From Macrostomum lignano (Eukaryota), in contig NIVC01000660.1 in assembly GCA_002269645.1 (NCBI GenBank), positions 1-64,000 of the forward strand: DNA of 64,000 nt, written 5' to 3'. Under the pieces are notes generated by a model that was not told the origin of the DNA, ran no database searches, and saw nothing but the letters and a program-made list of their open reading frames with translations. The position numbers were made by a program, and so were the translations under genes. How positions within the stretch are numbered: the first letter of the stretch is position 1; each line of letters begins with the position of its first letter. This document shows, piece after piece, positions 1 to 13,442 of this stretch.

Positions 1-1258
1 AGGAGCGCAGGAGTGAATTGCGCGACTTCTCGCCGGCATCGTGAACGCGCCTGCGTCGCCGCTGCCGCCAGCTTTGCGATCTCACTGGACACGCCGCTCC
101 CAGCTGAGGAGGACTTCTGCACCAGACCAGTCACCACGGAGGACGTTGTGCTGTTCGCTCGGAAAACATCAGGCGGAAAGGCGCTCGGCCCTGAGGAAGT
201 CCGGTCGAAGCGCTGCGGCTCCCGCTGTGTGGCCTCCCAGGCGCTCCTGCGCCCACCGAGTGGACCGTCGCGCACATCGTGCCGATCCCGAAGAAGCAGC
301 GACAACGGGAACGAAAACCACCGCGGGATCTCGCTGATGTCCTGCACGCGAAGCTCTTCAACCGGCTGCTGCTCGATCGTCTGCAGTCGATGATGCTGGA
401 CCCGTACCTGCGGTACGAGCAGAACAGATTCCGGCCGCAACGCGGTACAGTGACACAGATCCTCGCACTCCGCCGTGCCATCGAGGAGGCGCGCATCCGC
501 CAGTCTACGCTGATCATTGTCTTCGTTGACTTTCGAAAGGCGTTTGACTCGGAGTTGAGATCCGCTCTTTCCTTCGTCCTTCGAGCCTACCGAGTCCCGC
601 AGCAGCTAATCGACGCTGTCATGGCGCTGTACTGCGATACTCGAGCTGCTGTGGTGACGGCGGACGGCCTGTCTGACCTGTTCGATACTTCATCAGGAGT
701 TCTGCAGGGCGACAGCGACACGCTGCCGTTTCTCTTTGTGCTGCTCCTGGACTGGGTGCTTCGGACCGCACTCCCCTCGGCTGACGACGGCTCCCTGCTG
801 CGCATGAGCGTGCTTGGCTACGACGACGACCTCGCCCTCCTGTCCTCGTCCGTTGAAGGCGCCCAGCGCCAGATCGACAGGTTGGTCGAAGTCGCATCGA
901 GCGTCGGTCTGATTGTCAACACGCTGAAGACGGAGGTGCTGACTGTGCCGGCCGACATCCCAGCGGACCTGACGTGCCGCAGCGCAGACAGGCAGACGAC
1001 CAGGCTCGCACGCTGCGAGCGGTTCACCTACCTCGGCGTTCTGGTGCCTCACGTGGACGAGGACTTCCGGCGGCGCTGAGGACTTGCCTGCGCGGCCTTC
1101 CGTTCAATCAGGGCCATCCTCCATTCCGAAGCGCTGCCCGACCGCCAGAGGGCTCGGCTGTGGCAGGCGGTGTTCGAAACGTCCTGCTCTACAACGCCGA
1201 GACGTGGACGCTGACGGCTACGTTGGAGCGGCAGCTGGACTCGGCGCGCTCAGGGCTA
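1..1258 (+). mobile_element. Degenerate non-LTR retrotransposon (RTE-like) reverse transcriptase fragment
   Basis: RT motifs: KALGPEEV, WTVAHIVPIPKK, NHRGISLMSC/AKLFNRLL, QNRFRPQR, FVDFRKAFDS, GVLQGD, YDDD (YADD variant), FTYLG, VLLYNAETWTLT, LERQLD. Frameshifts near 230-350 and 1180, premature TGA at 1077-1079; ends abruptly into AT-rich DNA. Confidence 0.93.
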
Positions 1259-2931
1259 ATCTATGCTCATAATAAATGCAAATAACATAAAGTCTATAGA
1301 CTCTTACACCTTTTTAGGTCAAAGAGACTTAGCATTATAAAAGGTAAGATAGAGATATTAGTCATAGTGGTATATTATATTTTGAATTTTTGTATTTTCT
1401 GACTAATACTAATTGGTATTCTAGATCTTAAATGAAGTATTTCACCATTTGGAGCTTTAATTTAGAAAAAACAAGCATAGAAAAACAAATTTAATTTTCA
1501 AATCATAAATATAACACATTATATAAAAATAAGTATGGCATACTATTACCATTACTGTTAAAAAAATTTTGTTTGTTAAAAGTTGTTCAAAATATCAAAA
1601 TGCTATTTAATATAAAATGTTTAATACTTCTTATATTATAATAGTATAAACTTCAGGCAATAAGTGACATGTTTTTTCAATTTGCTTATTGTTTTTGTAA
1701 CTTTTCATATAGTAAACATTTCTAGCAAAATATTTTGCATATACTAGGCCCCAAATATATAATTTTCTGAAAATATTTTTATTCAGCATATATCTGATAT
1801 CTTTGAGAATTTATATATTCAACTATATTATTATACCAATCTAAATTATAATGAACATAGTATTTTTTCAAGTTTCATTTTGTTTCTATAGCAATATTTG
1901 CTTTCTAGAGCTTTCTAGGTTATATATGCTTAGTTATAGCAATAAATATAGGCCTAGCTAGGCCTAAGGCAAAGCAAGAATATATATAGGCGAATTTATA
2001 AAAAATATTGTTTTTAACATTGTCCTATTATATTATTATATTTTTGTTGAAACCTCCAATAGGCCCCATAGTCTAGATCATGCTGGCTATACAATATAAG
2101 GCATTTGGCATGCACTTCATTTTATGCCAAATTATACCAAGTAGAAAAATGGCCTAAGGTTTTATACCAAATTATACTAAAGAAAACAATGGCTCTGTGA
2201 TACTTCATGCCAAATTATACCTAGAATGATGCCTAGAATCCAATATACTAAAAAAATCAAAACTATGTACCTATAGGAACCTTCACTTAACTTGAGCTAT
2301 GTAGCTATGCAATTGATTTCAGAAAAAAAAGCTCAACCAATTTTCTTCAAACATGCACCATTCGATTAGAAATTTTCCTGGGATGGTACATGCATCTTAG
2401 CTAAGAAATTGCTCAATGTTAAAGGGATTAAATATTCCAAAAACATACTTTTTGGAAAGGTCAAGCAGCTCTTTTGACCTGAAATGCATTATAAGAATGC
2501 TAGAGACAAAACTGATTGGCTGAATTCTGATTTTGATCTTTATTCTAAAAAATATCAAATGGAGAATATAGTTTTGTAAAGCTGGCCTTATTGGGGCCTA
2601 ATTTTGCCTTGCTATAAACATAATAAAAATACAAAAGCATAATAATATGGTCATATGCCTTAATTTTGTTATTTATGAAAGTTGTGAATGATTATAAAAA
2701 CAAATAAATATTTCCTTAAAACTATTGTAAAAAGCTTTGTTATACAAGTAGGCCTAGTAGATTTTGCGCAAATTTGTGGTATATACAAGGAATTTTCTGG
2801 TGCACATGGCACATGGTAAGCCACACTCAGCATAAAGTCTATAGTAAAATCTTCTTAGTTCATATCCATATGTAAAGTGTGACATATAAATGTATACTTG
2901 CTCATTTTTTAAATATTCAATTCAATTCAAA

Positions 2932-3312
2932 GAGCCTCTTCATATTGCCAGTTCGAAAAATGGAACCGGTTCCGAACCAGTTTGACGCTCTTCATATCAA
3001 TGGTTCGAAAAATAAAATCAGTTCTGGAACATGGTTCTGGTTCTAGAATATGGTTCGAGAAATTTTCTCAAACCGTTGTCATGTTTACACTTTAACAGTA
3101 AAATATATTTGAAATCGTCAATTTTTTTATTATTGTTATATAATTATTCTTTTTTTGTCATATCCAAAAAAAAACAAATTCAAAAAACAACAAAATTAAA
3201 TTGTAAAGACTGTCAAACATAACATGGGTTTGAAGCTCCTCATTTCACACTGGTTCTGGTTCTAGAACTCGAATTTATTCTGGTTCTAGAACTGATTGCC
3301 ATGAAGAGGCTC
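2932..3312. mobile_element. MITE-like element with 12-bp TIR
   Basis: GAGCCTCTTCAT at 2932 and its reverse complement ATGAAGAGGCTC at 3301-3312; internal GGTTCTAGAA/GGTTCGA subrepeats; AAA on both flanks. Confidence 0.6.
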
Positions 3313-3874
3313 AAATTCAAATAATACAAAAAAGTTTTTTGGAATTTACAAATTATATATTTGTTTTGAAAAAATTAAAGTTTAATAAACATCATTATTT
3401 CGTTAATGTTAAATAAAAAATAAATAAATGCATAAAACTTAAATTTCAAAATAAGATTCAAAAATTAAGACTTTCTTTCATTTTTTTCAAGTTTTATATT
3501 ACAAAGTTGCCTAATACAAGGTGCACATTTCTTTTTCAGGCACACATGCACTTTTTTACTTGGCGCACGCTGCACAGTTAAAAATTTTACTGGGGATTTG
3601 TTGTGGTGCACATGGTGCACCTTCCTGACCATGGTAATGGACTACAGAGTACAGAATAGGACAACTTATTATTATAATACTAATAGGATATTAGGCCCTA
3701 CGCCCTAAGCATTTGCAAAATCATTGACATTATAGGCCCTACTACAAGTCCAAAATTATCAAAAAGCTATGCCTAATAATAATACAAATATTTGGCCCTT
3801 TATTCTGGACCCTGAAAAAATAGTTATTTTGGAGTTTAGACGTAGGCCTACAATTAATTGATTATTTATAATGC

Positions 3875-4330
3875 TGGTGTAAGACCAAGACCGCCACACA
3901 CCAAGACTGCCACACTTGGGTGTTGGGGGAGCTAGGGGGGGGGGCAGAATTTGGCTTGCCATGTTATTGGATAGGCCTAGTGCTGAGGAGGGGTAAGATA
4001 GGGAGAGCCAGCAGGACAAGGCCGCAAAAGAGGAACCAGTGAGCAGGCTGGGTGGGTGAGTGAGCCAGGCTCCTTGTTTTTTCATTCAATTTGAATTGTA
4101 AAGGAACTATAAGATATTGTTAAAATTGTCCTTGTTGTCTTGCCATCATTTTGGACCACTTATTTGTCTTATTAGTGACCAATCTTGGGATGCTTCCTCC
4201 TTGACCTCATCTAACTTCATAACCCATCACAACCAATAGCAATGCTGGAAGATTGGTAGCTCCCCCTAAATTCCAGTAGCCAGTAAGAGCTGTGGCGGTC
4301 TTGGTGTGTGGCAGTCTTGGTCCTGTACCA
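3875..4330. mobile_element. MITE-like element with ~32-bp TIR
   Basis: GACCAAGACCGCCACACACCAAGACTGCCACA (3883-3914) vs inverted copy 4291-4322 (30/32); TAATGCTGGTGT / TAACGCTGGTGT near-direct repeat at the two ends. Confidence 0.6.
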
Positions 4331-4994
4331 TAACGCTGGTGTTAGTTCTTTACATAGATAATACACAGAAATTGTTTCCTTCCTGCGGCACAGCGAACCG
4401 CTAAAACCTTGGCTAAGTTAAAATGTTGTGTACATAAAGGACAGTCGACAGTGAGGAAAAATCTGCTAAAAGTAATAAATTTGACTAAAAAACTAAAACC
4501 GAGATCAGGAAAAACGAAAAAATCTGAGTAGATTATAGCTACACGTCTATCATTTCACTGAATTATTTAACTCGTCGACTAATTATCCTTCCTCTTCAAA
4601 GCTTAATCAGAAATACAATGTGCATAGAAGTATTATAGCTCAAGCTTGAGCCCTTATCAATCACCTCTAGCCGTTTTTAGTTTGTTGCTCACGTTACGAT
4701 TTCTTAGATTTTTGTAAAGTCAAATACTATAAGCAGAAAAAGCTTTTTACATTGTTTGGTACAACTTATCTTTCTAAGCCACTGAAATCTGAAATTGCAC
4801 AGATTTATAGTGTTTTTATTTTGTAGCAAAAAATGGTCAAAACAAAATTTTGTTTTTTGTTTTACCAAGTAAATTTCGTTAATAAATCGTACTTATATTA
4901 TTTAATTGTTTTTTAATTGTTGTTTTAGCGAAATCTGAGCAAATTTTTACAGTTTTGCGGCCCAAAAAAACTTTTGAATAGTTACTTCGCTATC

Positions 4995-7900
4995 ATGAAC
5001 CGATTTTTACTAGCTATCACAGCATGCTTTCTGTTGCAACAGTCCGAAAAATGCTTTGCGGGTAAGTTTATACTTGTACATACTGCATATTCTGTACATG
5101 GTTATCAGCTTATGCTAAATGTGCAGGTTTGCTTGATTTTTATAATTTCGCATATATTCGTTCAGACAAAGCATCGTACGTACATGTAAAAGCGCCTATA
5201 TTTTGTATTGTCTCACGCATTATAATTTGGATTTCCAGCGGAGGCTTCTTCTCATTATTCGGCATCCGCAAATCTAGTGAGATTAGTCAAAAGGGAAACA
5301 TCAGTAGTCCCAGTGACTACGCATGTAAGTTTATCAACTATTACTTGTACATGAAAGTCCATACATGTATCATGCACACACGTAGATCATTTAAATAAAT
5401 ATGCAAAAAATGAAACTGCATGGTGTGTACATTTGAGCATGATGTACATTATCTGCACCTCTCTGCCAATTTAATTACATGTACATAAATCTTCCGGAAA
5501 ATTCCTAATTCCAGGACAACGAGCAATACTACCAGATCACTGTTCATCACGATTTAAATCGATACAACAATTTAATTAAGGAGTTCGATCTTGCATTTGC
5601 TTTGCCAAATGTCGTGTCGAAAACAAACATCAGCTCATGGAATGTGTCCACGGTAAGTGTTCGATTAAATATTGCGCGCGCGTGTACATGCGTCATACAT
5701 GAATTTCATATCGAGCATGTCAATTTGCTTTCTTTTTTACATGTATGTGTTTGTACATCCGAAAACTAGCTGTAACGTACAATTACAATACATGAACTGC
5801 ATAACGTTTTTCTTATTATTGCAGAGAGTTCAGTTGAAGTTTTCATTCTATTTCTATGGTCATCGAGTCAGCCGTATTTCCATATCAACGAATGGTATGT
5901 GCAATTTTCTGTGTATGCCGCTGGCGCGGGTTGTTTTTTGTACATTTTGACTTGAGTTTCTATTCATCCAACAGCAGGCTAGCACTGAGCTCAGCTATCT
6001 GAGTTTGCACAGCAGAGAAGACAGAGAGAATTAAGACTTAAGATGCAAGAAGCATTGCTTTATAGAAAATAGTTCGGCTTGATTAAAAAGCTGCACTGAA
6101 AGCTGTATTAGGAGGATAGAAATGCACGATGGCAGAAACTGTACAGCAATGTACACGTATGGCGAGACTCGGCAATAAAGAGACGTGAAGATTCTTTTGG
6201 ACTCAGAAATTGCTCTTACAGTAGTTTTTAGCGATGAAGAGAGAAAGATAAAAGATGCATGGGCTTAGTCATAGTCTTCGGATCTAAAAATATGCAATCG
6301 CGTGTGCAGCTTGAATTGAGATGACAATGACAAGCTGGCTCAAGAGTGGGAGGGTTGAGAAACAGCTGAATTGTTGTCTAGAAGTGTGAGAGAGAAGTTT
6401 CATCTCTGCCACGAGTGAGACTCGTGCAATATGTATAACACTGATAATTGTTTAAGCACACCATAACTCGACTAGAAGGACAGTGGAGTGTCATTGCAGA
6501 CTGCAATTGAGCAGCAGTATGAGAAAGTTGGGTGTCAGATATGAGACAGAAGTGTGTCAGCATAGAGACACTCGGGAGACAGAAGTGTGTCAGCATAGAG
6601 ACACTCGAGAGACAGAAGTGTGTCAGCATAGAGACACTCGGGAGACAGAAGTGTTTTTATAAGTTCAGGAGTGTCATGAGAGTTCCTGGAGCGAGATTTG
6701 CACACTTTAGACAAGTGGATCCAAAAAACTTGAAAGTGTGAACACGACTGTTTTCTGTAAATTTTATAGGCTTCATGACAATCTGGGAGGACGGCCACGA
6801 GCCCGGACCCCATCCGCAGTACATCGCTCCGTTTATGGCCAATTTTGGGTCAATGACAAATCAAAGCGGCTTAGAAAATGACACCGCTGCAGAATCGAAA
6901 CCCGTTGCTTCATTGACTTACGTGGCAACTAACACCTCTGTGTGGGTTCGATGGGCTAATCTGCCACTAATGCTTGGCAATGGAACTGGTAAGATGATGA
7001 TAGACAGGTAGAGACTGTACTGTACACTACAATGTGCACTGTTCTAGGATTTTAAATGAGAAGCTTTCTCTCTAACTACGCGTGATTTGTTCAGATGGAA
7101 CCTTTGACTGTTACATCTCTTTTTATATTCGTTGTCACTTTCACTGTAAACCCATTGCGATTGTTACTCATCCGTATGACCGGACCACACTATATTGAAT
7201 TTATTAGGAAGAAGAAATGCAGCGACGCTTAAAAATGACACCAATGTTGCATTTGCAGTGTCGGAACTTTCCGACAACCCTGAGGCCGTAGCGCCGTAGC
7301 CCAGCGGTCCAGCGGGGCGCCCTGATGTGCCAGCGGCCCAGGCTCGATTCCAAGTGCAGTCACATTAATTTGAGGCTGAATTGGAATCTCGGCTTGGCTC
7401 TGCTCGTACAATTAACGCCCAGCTTGAGGGCCAACCCCCCAAGGCACAGTGAAGTGTTCATGCCTAACGATAAATAAAGTCAGGGCCGCTGTACACTCCT
7501 GTGTGAGTGTGTGCCTGTGCGTATGACTGCGTACGTATACGCGCGCTTGTGTGCCTGCTCAGGGGAGTCGACGAAATTGGTCGCTTAAAGTGCGCCAGGG
7601 TGATAAAAAATTCCGGATGCCCATCGCAGCATTGCTTTCGTCACTTTTTCAGAGCTCCGACTGTCTTTTCAAGGCGTTATTTTTCAAAACGGAACAATGC
7701 TCTTCCAGTACTACGACGTGAGTCAGCTTTTTTTGACATTTTGGTAAACTAAAAAAGCATGTGTTTGTATACAATCAATATGTATCTTTAAATTGCTGAA
7801 TTTGATTTTTTCAGATTCCGTCAAAATTGTCAAAGGCTGTGCCTACAGCCAAGGCTGGAGTTGCTGATGTTTTCAACTATGAAGAGGATGTAAAAGCGCT

Positions 7901-10900
7901 AAGTAAAAAGACTGGACAGTTGATTCCTAGATTTATATATCCTTATTCCCTATCCTGATCCCTTAATAACTGGACGGGATGTTGATCCTGAAATACCTGG
8001 ACGGGATGTTGATCCTTTAATACCTGTACGGGATGATGATCCCTAAATACCTGGACGGGATGTTGATTCTTAAATACCTGGACGGGATGTTGATCCTTAA
8101 ATACCTGGACGGGATGTTGATTCCTAAATACCTGGACGGGATGTTAATCCCTAAATACCTGGACGGGATGTTGATTCCTAAATACCTAGTTGGGATGTTG
8201 ATTCTTAAATACCTGGACGGGATGTTGATTCCTAAATACCTGGATGGGATGTTGATTTTTAAATACCTGGACGGGATGTTGATTCCTAAATACCTAGTTG
8301 GGATGTTGATTCTTAAATACCTTGACGGGATGTTGATTCTTAAATACCTGGACGGGATGTTGATTTTTAAATACCTGGACGGGATTTTGATCCCTAAATA
8401 CCTGGACGGGATGTTGATTCCTAAATACCTGGACGGGATGTTGATTCCAAAATACCTGGACAGGATGTTGATTTCTAAATACCTGTACGGGATGTTGATT
8501 TTTAAATACCTGGACGGGATGTTGATCCTTTAATACCTGTACGGGATGTTGATCCTTAAATACCTGGACGGGATGTTGATTCTTAAATACCTGGACGGGA
8601 TGTTGATCCTTAAATACCTGGATGGGATGTTGATTCCTAAATACCTGGACGGGATGTTGATTCTTAAATACCTGGACGGGATGTTGATCCCTAAATACCT
8701 GGATGGGATGTTGATTTTTAAATACCTGGACGGGATGTTGATCCTTTAATACCTGTACGGGATGTTGATTCTTAAATACCTGGACGGGATGTTGATCCTT
8801 AAATACCTGGACGGGATGTTGATTCTTAAATACCTGGACGGGATGTTGATTCTTAAATACCTGGACGGGATGTTGATCCTTAAATACCTGGATGGGATGT
8901 TGATTCCTAAATACCTGGACGGGATGTTGATTCTTAAATACCTGGACGGGATGTTGATCCTTTAATACCTGTACGGGATGTTGATTCCTAAATACCTGGA
9001 CGGGATGTTGATTCTTAAATACCTGGACGGGATGTTGATCCTTTAATACCTGTACGGGATGTTGATTCCTAAATACCTGGACGGGATGTTGATCCTTAAA
9101 TACCTGGACGGGATGTTGATCCTTAAATACCTGGACGGGATGTTGATTCTTAAATACCTGGACGGGATGTTGATTCTTAAATACCTGGACGGGATGTTGA
9201 TCCTTAAATACCTGGATGGGATGTTGATTCCTAAATACCTGGACGGGATGTTGATTCTTAAATACCTGGACGGGATGTTGATCCTTTAATACCTGGACGA
9301 GATGTTGATCCTTAAATACCTGTACGGGACGTTGATCTTTAATTACCTGGACGGGATGTTGATCCCTAAATACCTGTACGGGATGTTGATCCCTAAATAC
9401 CTGTACGGGATGTTGATCCCTAAATACCTGTACCTGGATGGGATGTGGGGAGGACCTCGTAGTAGAGAAGAATTAGCCAAAGGCTGAAACTTTAATAGTG
9501 ATTATTGACTTTAACAACGATATGTATTTTGCAATGAAAACTCAAATTTTCAGACGAGAAAGTTTTAGACATATTTGTGCACCGTGCCGAGAATATTTCT
9601 TTGGAAGAAATTGTGAATGTCAGCATCGCTCAAGTTGTTGCCCTGCCAAGTGAGTATCAGCAGCACTGAAAAACATATTTATATTTTTTCTAATGAATAA
9701 ATTGAGCTTATGTTTTAGGCGAAACGAAAACATCGCCACCTCATTCCTCATTCAATTGTGGCGCCATTCAATCTGTCTTTCTTGGAATCGCCACCTCATT
9801 CCTCATTCCAATGTGGCGCCATTCGATCTGTCTTTCTTGGAGTCGGCGCCTCAGTTCTCATTCAATTGTGGCGCCATTCAATCTGTCTTTCTTGGAATCG
9901 GCGCCTCAGTTCTCATTCCATTGTGGCGCCATTCGATCTGTCTTTCTTGGAATCGGCGCCTCAGTTCTCATTCCATTGTGGCGCCATTCAATCTGTCTTT
10001 CTTGGAATCGGCGCCTCAGTTCTCATTCAATTGTGGCGCCATTCGATCTGTCTTTCTTAGAATCGGCGCCTCAGTTCTCATTCCATTGTGGCGCCATTCA
10101 ATCTGTCTTTCTTGGAATCGGCGCCTCAGTTCTCATTCCATTGTGGCGCCATTCAATCTGTCTTTCTTGGAATCGCCACCTCATTCCTCATTCCAATGTG
10201 GCGCCATTCGATCTGTCTTTCTTGGAGTCGGCGCCTCAGTTCTCATTCAATTGTGGCGCCATTCAATCTGTCTTTCTTGGAATCGGCGCCTCAGTTCTCA
10301 TTCCATTGTGGCGCCATTCGATCTGTCTTTCTTGGAATCGGCGCCTCAGTTCTCATTCCATTGTGGCGCCATTCAATCTGTCTTTCTTGGAATCGGCGCC
10401 TCAGTTCTCATTCAATTGTGGCGCCATTCAATCTGTCTTTCTTAGAATCGGCGCCTCAGTTCTCATTCCATTGTGGCGCCATTCAATCTGTCTTTCTTAG
10501 AATCGGCGCCTCAGTTCTCATTCCATTGTGGCGCCATTCAATCTGTCTTTCTTGGAATCGGCGCCTCATTCCTCATTCCAATGTGGCGCCATTCGATCTG
10601 TCTTTCTTGGAGTCGGCGCCTCAGTTCTCATTCAATTGTGGCGCCATTCAATCTGTCTTTCTTGGAATCGGCGCCTCAGTTCTCATTCCATTGTGGCGCC
10701 ATTCGATCTGTCTTTCTTGGAGTCGGCGCCTCAGTTCTCATTCCAATGTGGCGCCATTCAATCTGTCTTTCTTGGAATTGGCGCCTTAGTTCTCATTCAA
10801 TTGTGGCGCCATTCAATCTGTCTTTCTTGGAATTGGCGCCTCAGTTCTCATTCAATTGTGGCGCCATTCAATCTGTCTTTCTTGGAATTGGTGCCTCAGT

Positions 10901-12388
10901 TCTCATTCAATTGTGGCGCCATTCGATCTGTCTTTCTTGGAATTGGCGCCTCAGTTCTCATTCCATTGTGGCGCCATTTAATCTGTCTTTCTTGGAATCG
11001 GCGCCTCAGTTCTCATTCCATTGTGGCGCCATTCGATCTGTCTTTCTTGGAATCGGCGCCTCAGTTCTCATTCAATTGTGGCGCCATTCAATCTGTCTTT
11101 CTTGGAATCGGCGCCTCAGTTCTCATTCAATTGTGGCGCCATTCGATCTGTCTTTCTTGGAATCGGCGCCTCAGTTCTCATTCCATTGTGGCGCCATTCG
11201 ATCTGTCTTTCTTGGAATAGGCGCTTCAATTTGTCATCTTGGCGCCATCGGATCACAGTTCCCAATATATTATTTTCAATAATCTTAGGAAAATCAATAG
11301 GTGGTAAATTAACAAGTTTACTCTTTATTGACTTTCAGCCTGCGGCGAGAAGAAATATTGCAGTACGTGCATGAATGCCAGCCTGACGCCAACATTCAAA
11401 TGTAGCTGGTGCTTTCAACGGGGTAGTTGCATCACAGAGACACAGCGACAACTGCGGTCGTGGCTTGATTACTCTTGCCACTATCCGGTGAGGCAATAAT
11501 AAAGTTTTTATAGGCTATAACACGAATTGAATTAGAAGTTAAAACCCGCAATTTTAATAAGATCTACTAAAAGTAGCGTACAAAGTGTGTGCGTGTGTAG
11601 AAATTCGGTTTTAATGGCGGGTAAGATGAAGTTTGACGTTTTTTTCTCCAGCCAAGGTCTCTAAAATGTGTGTCAGTGTCTCTAGATTCTAGAATGTGTG
11701 TCAGTGTCTCTAGAATGTGTGTCAGTGTCTCTAGAATGTGTGTCAGTGTCTCTAGAGTGTGTGTCAGTGTCTCTAGAATGCGTCCGTGTCTTTAAAGAGT
11801 GTGTGTCAGTGTTTCTAGAATGTTTTTCAGTGTCTATAAAATATGTGTCAGTGTCTCTAAAGTGTGTGACAGTCTTTGTAAAGTGTGTCAGTGTCTCTAG
11901 TATGTGTGTCAGTGTCTCTAGAATGTGTGTCAGTGTCTCTAGAATGTGTCTCAGTGTCTCTGAAGTGTGTCAGTTAGTCATAATAACTAGAAGGTCGCCA
12001 GTCCCTAGTATTGCACAGTGTGTTTCTTAAGTCAAGCGAAGTTGCTTATAAGTTGTTTGCCAGCAAGATAAAGACACTGCAGCTGCAGTCACACATGTAC
12101 ATCACGCTCGCACCGCAGTCGGATAAAAAGTGCCAACTGGATGGGCCCTCCTCGATAGCGGACGCCGTCACTCGCGGAGTCCTGGGCTTCTTTCTGGCCC
12201 TGTTCATCGCTGTGCTAGTGGGCCTGATCATATTTGTGCTTGTCTATGGCTATAGGCGGCCAGACAGCGGCATCGGACAGTGCTTGGCGCGGACTCGACT
12301 TCAGTTGCGAGAAAAATTTATGGGCACTCCAAGACTGACGTCGGCTTTCTATAGCACCTCGACGGGGTCGACGGTTAGATTGGAGTGA
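4995..12388 (+). CDS. PLXDC: Plexin domain-containing protein (PLXDC1/2-like): signal peptide, NIDO-like region, PSI domain, TM helix
   Basis: Phase-consistent GT-AG exons 4995-5061, 5239-5324, 5515-5652, 5825-5894, 6770-6988, 7653-7717, 7815-7902, 9554-9649, 11339-11487 and a last exon ending 12388 (acceptor uncertain: 12002/12083/12089/12119). Motifs: RVQLKFSFYFYGH, QYIAPFMANF, LSFQGVIFQNGTMLFQYYD, KAGVADVF, PSI domain CGEKKYCSTC...CSWCFQRGSC...WLDYSC, TM VLGFFLALFIAVLVGLIIFVLV then YGYRRPDSGIGQ. Confidence 0.88.
6543..6655. repeat. 33-bp minisatellite (~3.4 copies), PLXDC intron 4
   Basis: GAGACAGAAGTGTGTCAGCATAGAGACACTCGG repeated. Confidence 0.9.
7293..7500 (+). mobile_element. tRNA-derived SINE-like sequence
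   Basis: A-box TAGCCCAGCGG (7297-7307) and B-box-like GGCTCGATTCC (7341-7351) at tRNA-like spacing; no clean cloverleaf acceptor stem; 3' boundary approximate. Confidence 0.5.
7970..9445. repeat. 27-bp minisatellite (~54 copies), PLXDC intron 7
   Basis: TTGATTCTTAAATACCTGGACGGGATG unit with occasional 28-bp variants. Confidence 0.97.
9735..11225. repeat. 55-bp minisatellite (~27 copies), PLXDC intron 8
   Basis: GGCGCCTCAGTTCTCATTCCATTGTGGCGCCATTCAATCTGTCTTTCTTGGAATC; two GGCGCC palindromes per unit. Confidence 0.97.
11667..11965. repeat. 21-bp minisatellite, PLXDC intron 9
   Basis: GTGTGTCAGTGTCTCTAGAAT repeated and decaying. Confidence 0.9.
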
Positions 12389-13442
12389 TCTGAAGGGTCT
12401 GATAATACTGAAGAGTCTACTGGAGTTGGCAACATATGAAGAAAACTCGTATAGTAAGTAACCTTGACCCAAGCATTAATGAATCAACGTCGAGCAGACA
12501 CTTCCGATATGATCCTGCGCTTTCCTGCCTAGAATTGAATTGTAATAAAATTGCTATATATTCAGCAAAAATTCACAGTTTTTTTACAACGAAATTCTTC
12601 AGGGTAGTTTACAATATAAAAGTACAATCCATTCGCCATAGACGTTTATAAATCGACGTTGGGTACATCGGCGGTGGACGTAACGATCCGCACTAGAAAA
12701 ATATTATTTATCGATACGTTTACGTTGCTCACAGCCATTTCTATACAAAATAATTACGTAGTTTCAGGCGTTTTTTTAAAAAATCGCCATTATTAACAAT
12801 GGGTATTATAGCATGTTTACAAGTATAGGTAGCGATCGAATCAAACATGCTATTATCATAAAACCACAATTTGCCTTTCTTCTTCAAAATAAAGAATTTA
12901 TTATTTATTGTAAAAACTCTGAAGAAACCGAGATTTGTGTTTTATAAAATATTTTTATTTATTCTTGCCTGTGTCAAACTTTTCAACACTAAATAACTTC
13001 AAGACTCACTGCTGAATGCCAATGATAGGCATCTACGTTGTGAAACATCCATATGCATGTCAGAGATGCTCTGCCGATTATGCTAAGTATACATCTGAGT
13101 TTTTGTTTTCGATAGAGATTCTTTCCAATATTTTATTTGCCTGTGATATTTGATTATGCAACGTGAATTTTATACCAAAGTTTTATGATATTTGTGTACA
13201 AGTATAGGCTGCTATTGCACTTCAAGAGCACAGTGGTCTCAATTATTGAAACACATGTATAAACACATATGTACTGCTTCATGTGCACATTTTTATAATA
13301 AAATCTCTCTTGACTGTATATTGTCACACGATAGAAGTGGTCTTTTGCGTTCTTTGGATTTCCCAGGGAAATCCCTTATTTTTAGATTTTTTCAGAATAT
13401 ATTTCGTATAGGCCTACTAGATGGCCAAGCAAAGTTGTGAAT

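Noticed and set aside
7095-7200. Candidate PLXDC exon (DGTFDCYISF...)
   Set aside because: No convincing phase-compatible donor and it runs into a stop; 7653-7717 fits both homology and phase.
7293-7360. Functional tRNA gene
   Set aside because: No closing acceptor stem and an altered T-loop; treated as SINE-like.
7970-11225. CRISPR-like appearance of regular arrays
   Set aside because: Head-to-tail repeats with no unique spacers, no cas genes, and a eukaryotic context.
8033-11374. Long ORFs (LKYLDGMLI..., WRHSICLS...)
   Set aside because: Translations of the 27-bp and 55-bp intronic arrays; open in several frames and lying inside PLXDC introns.
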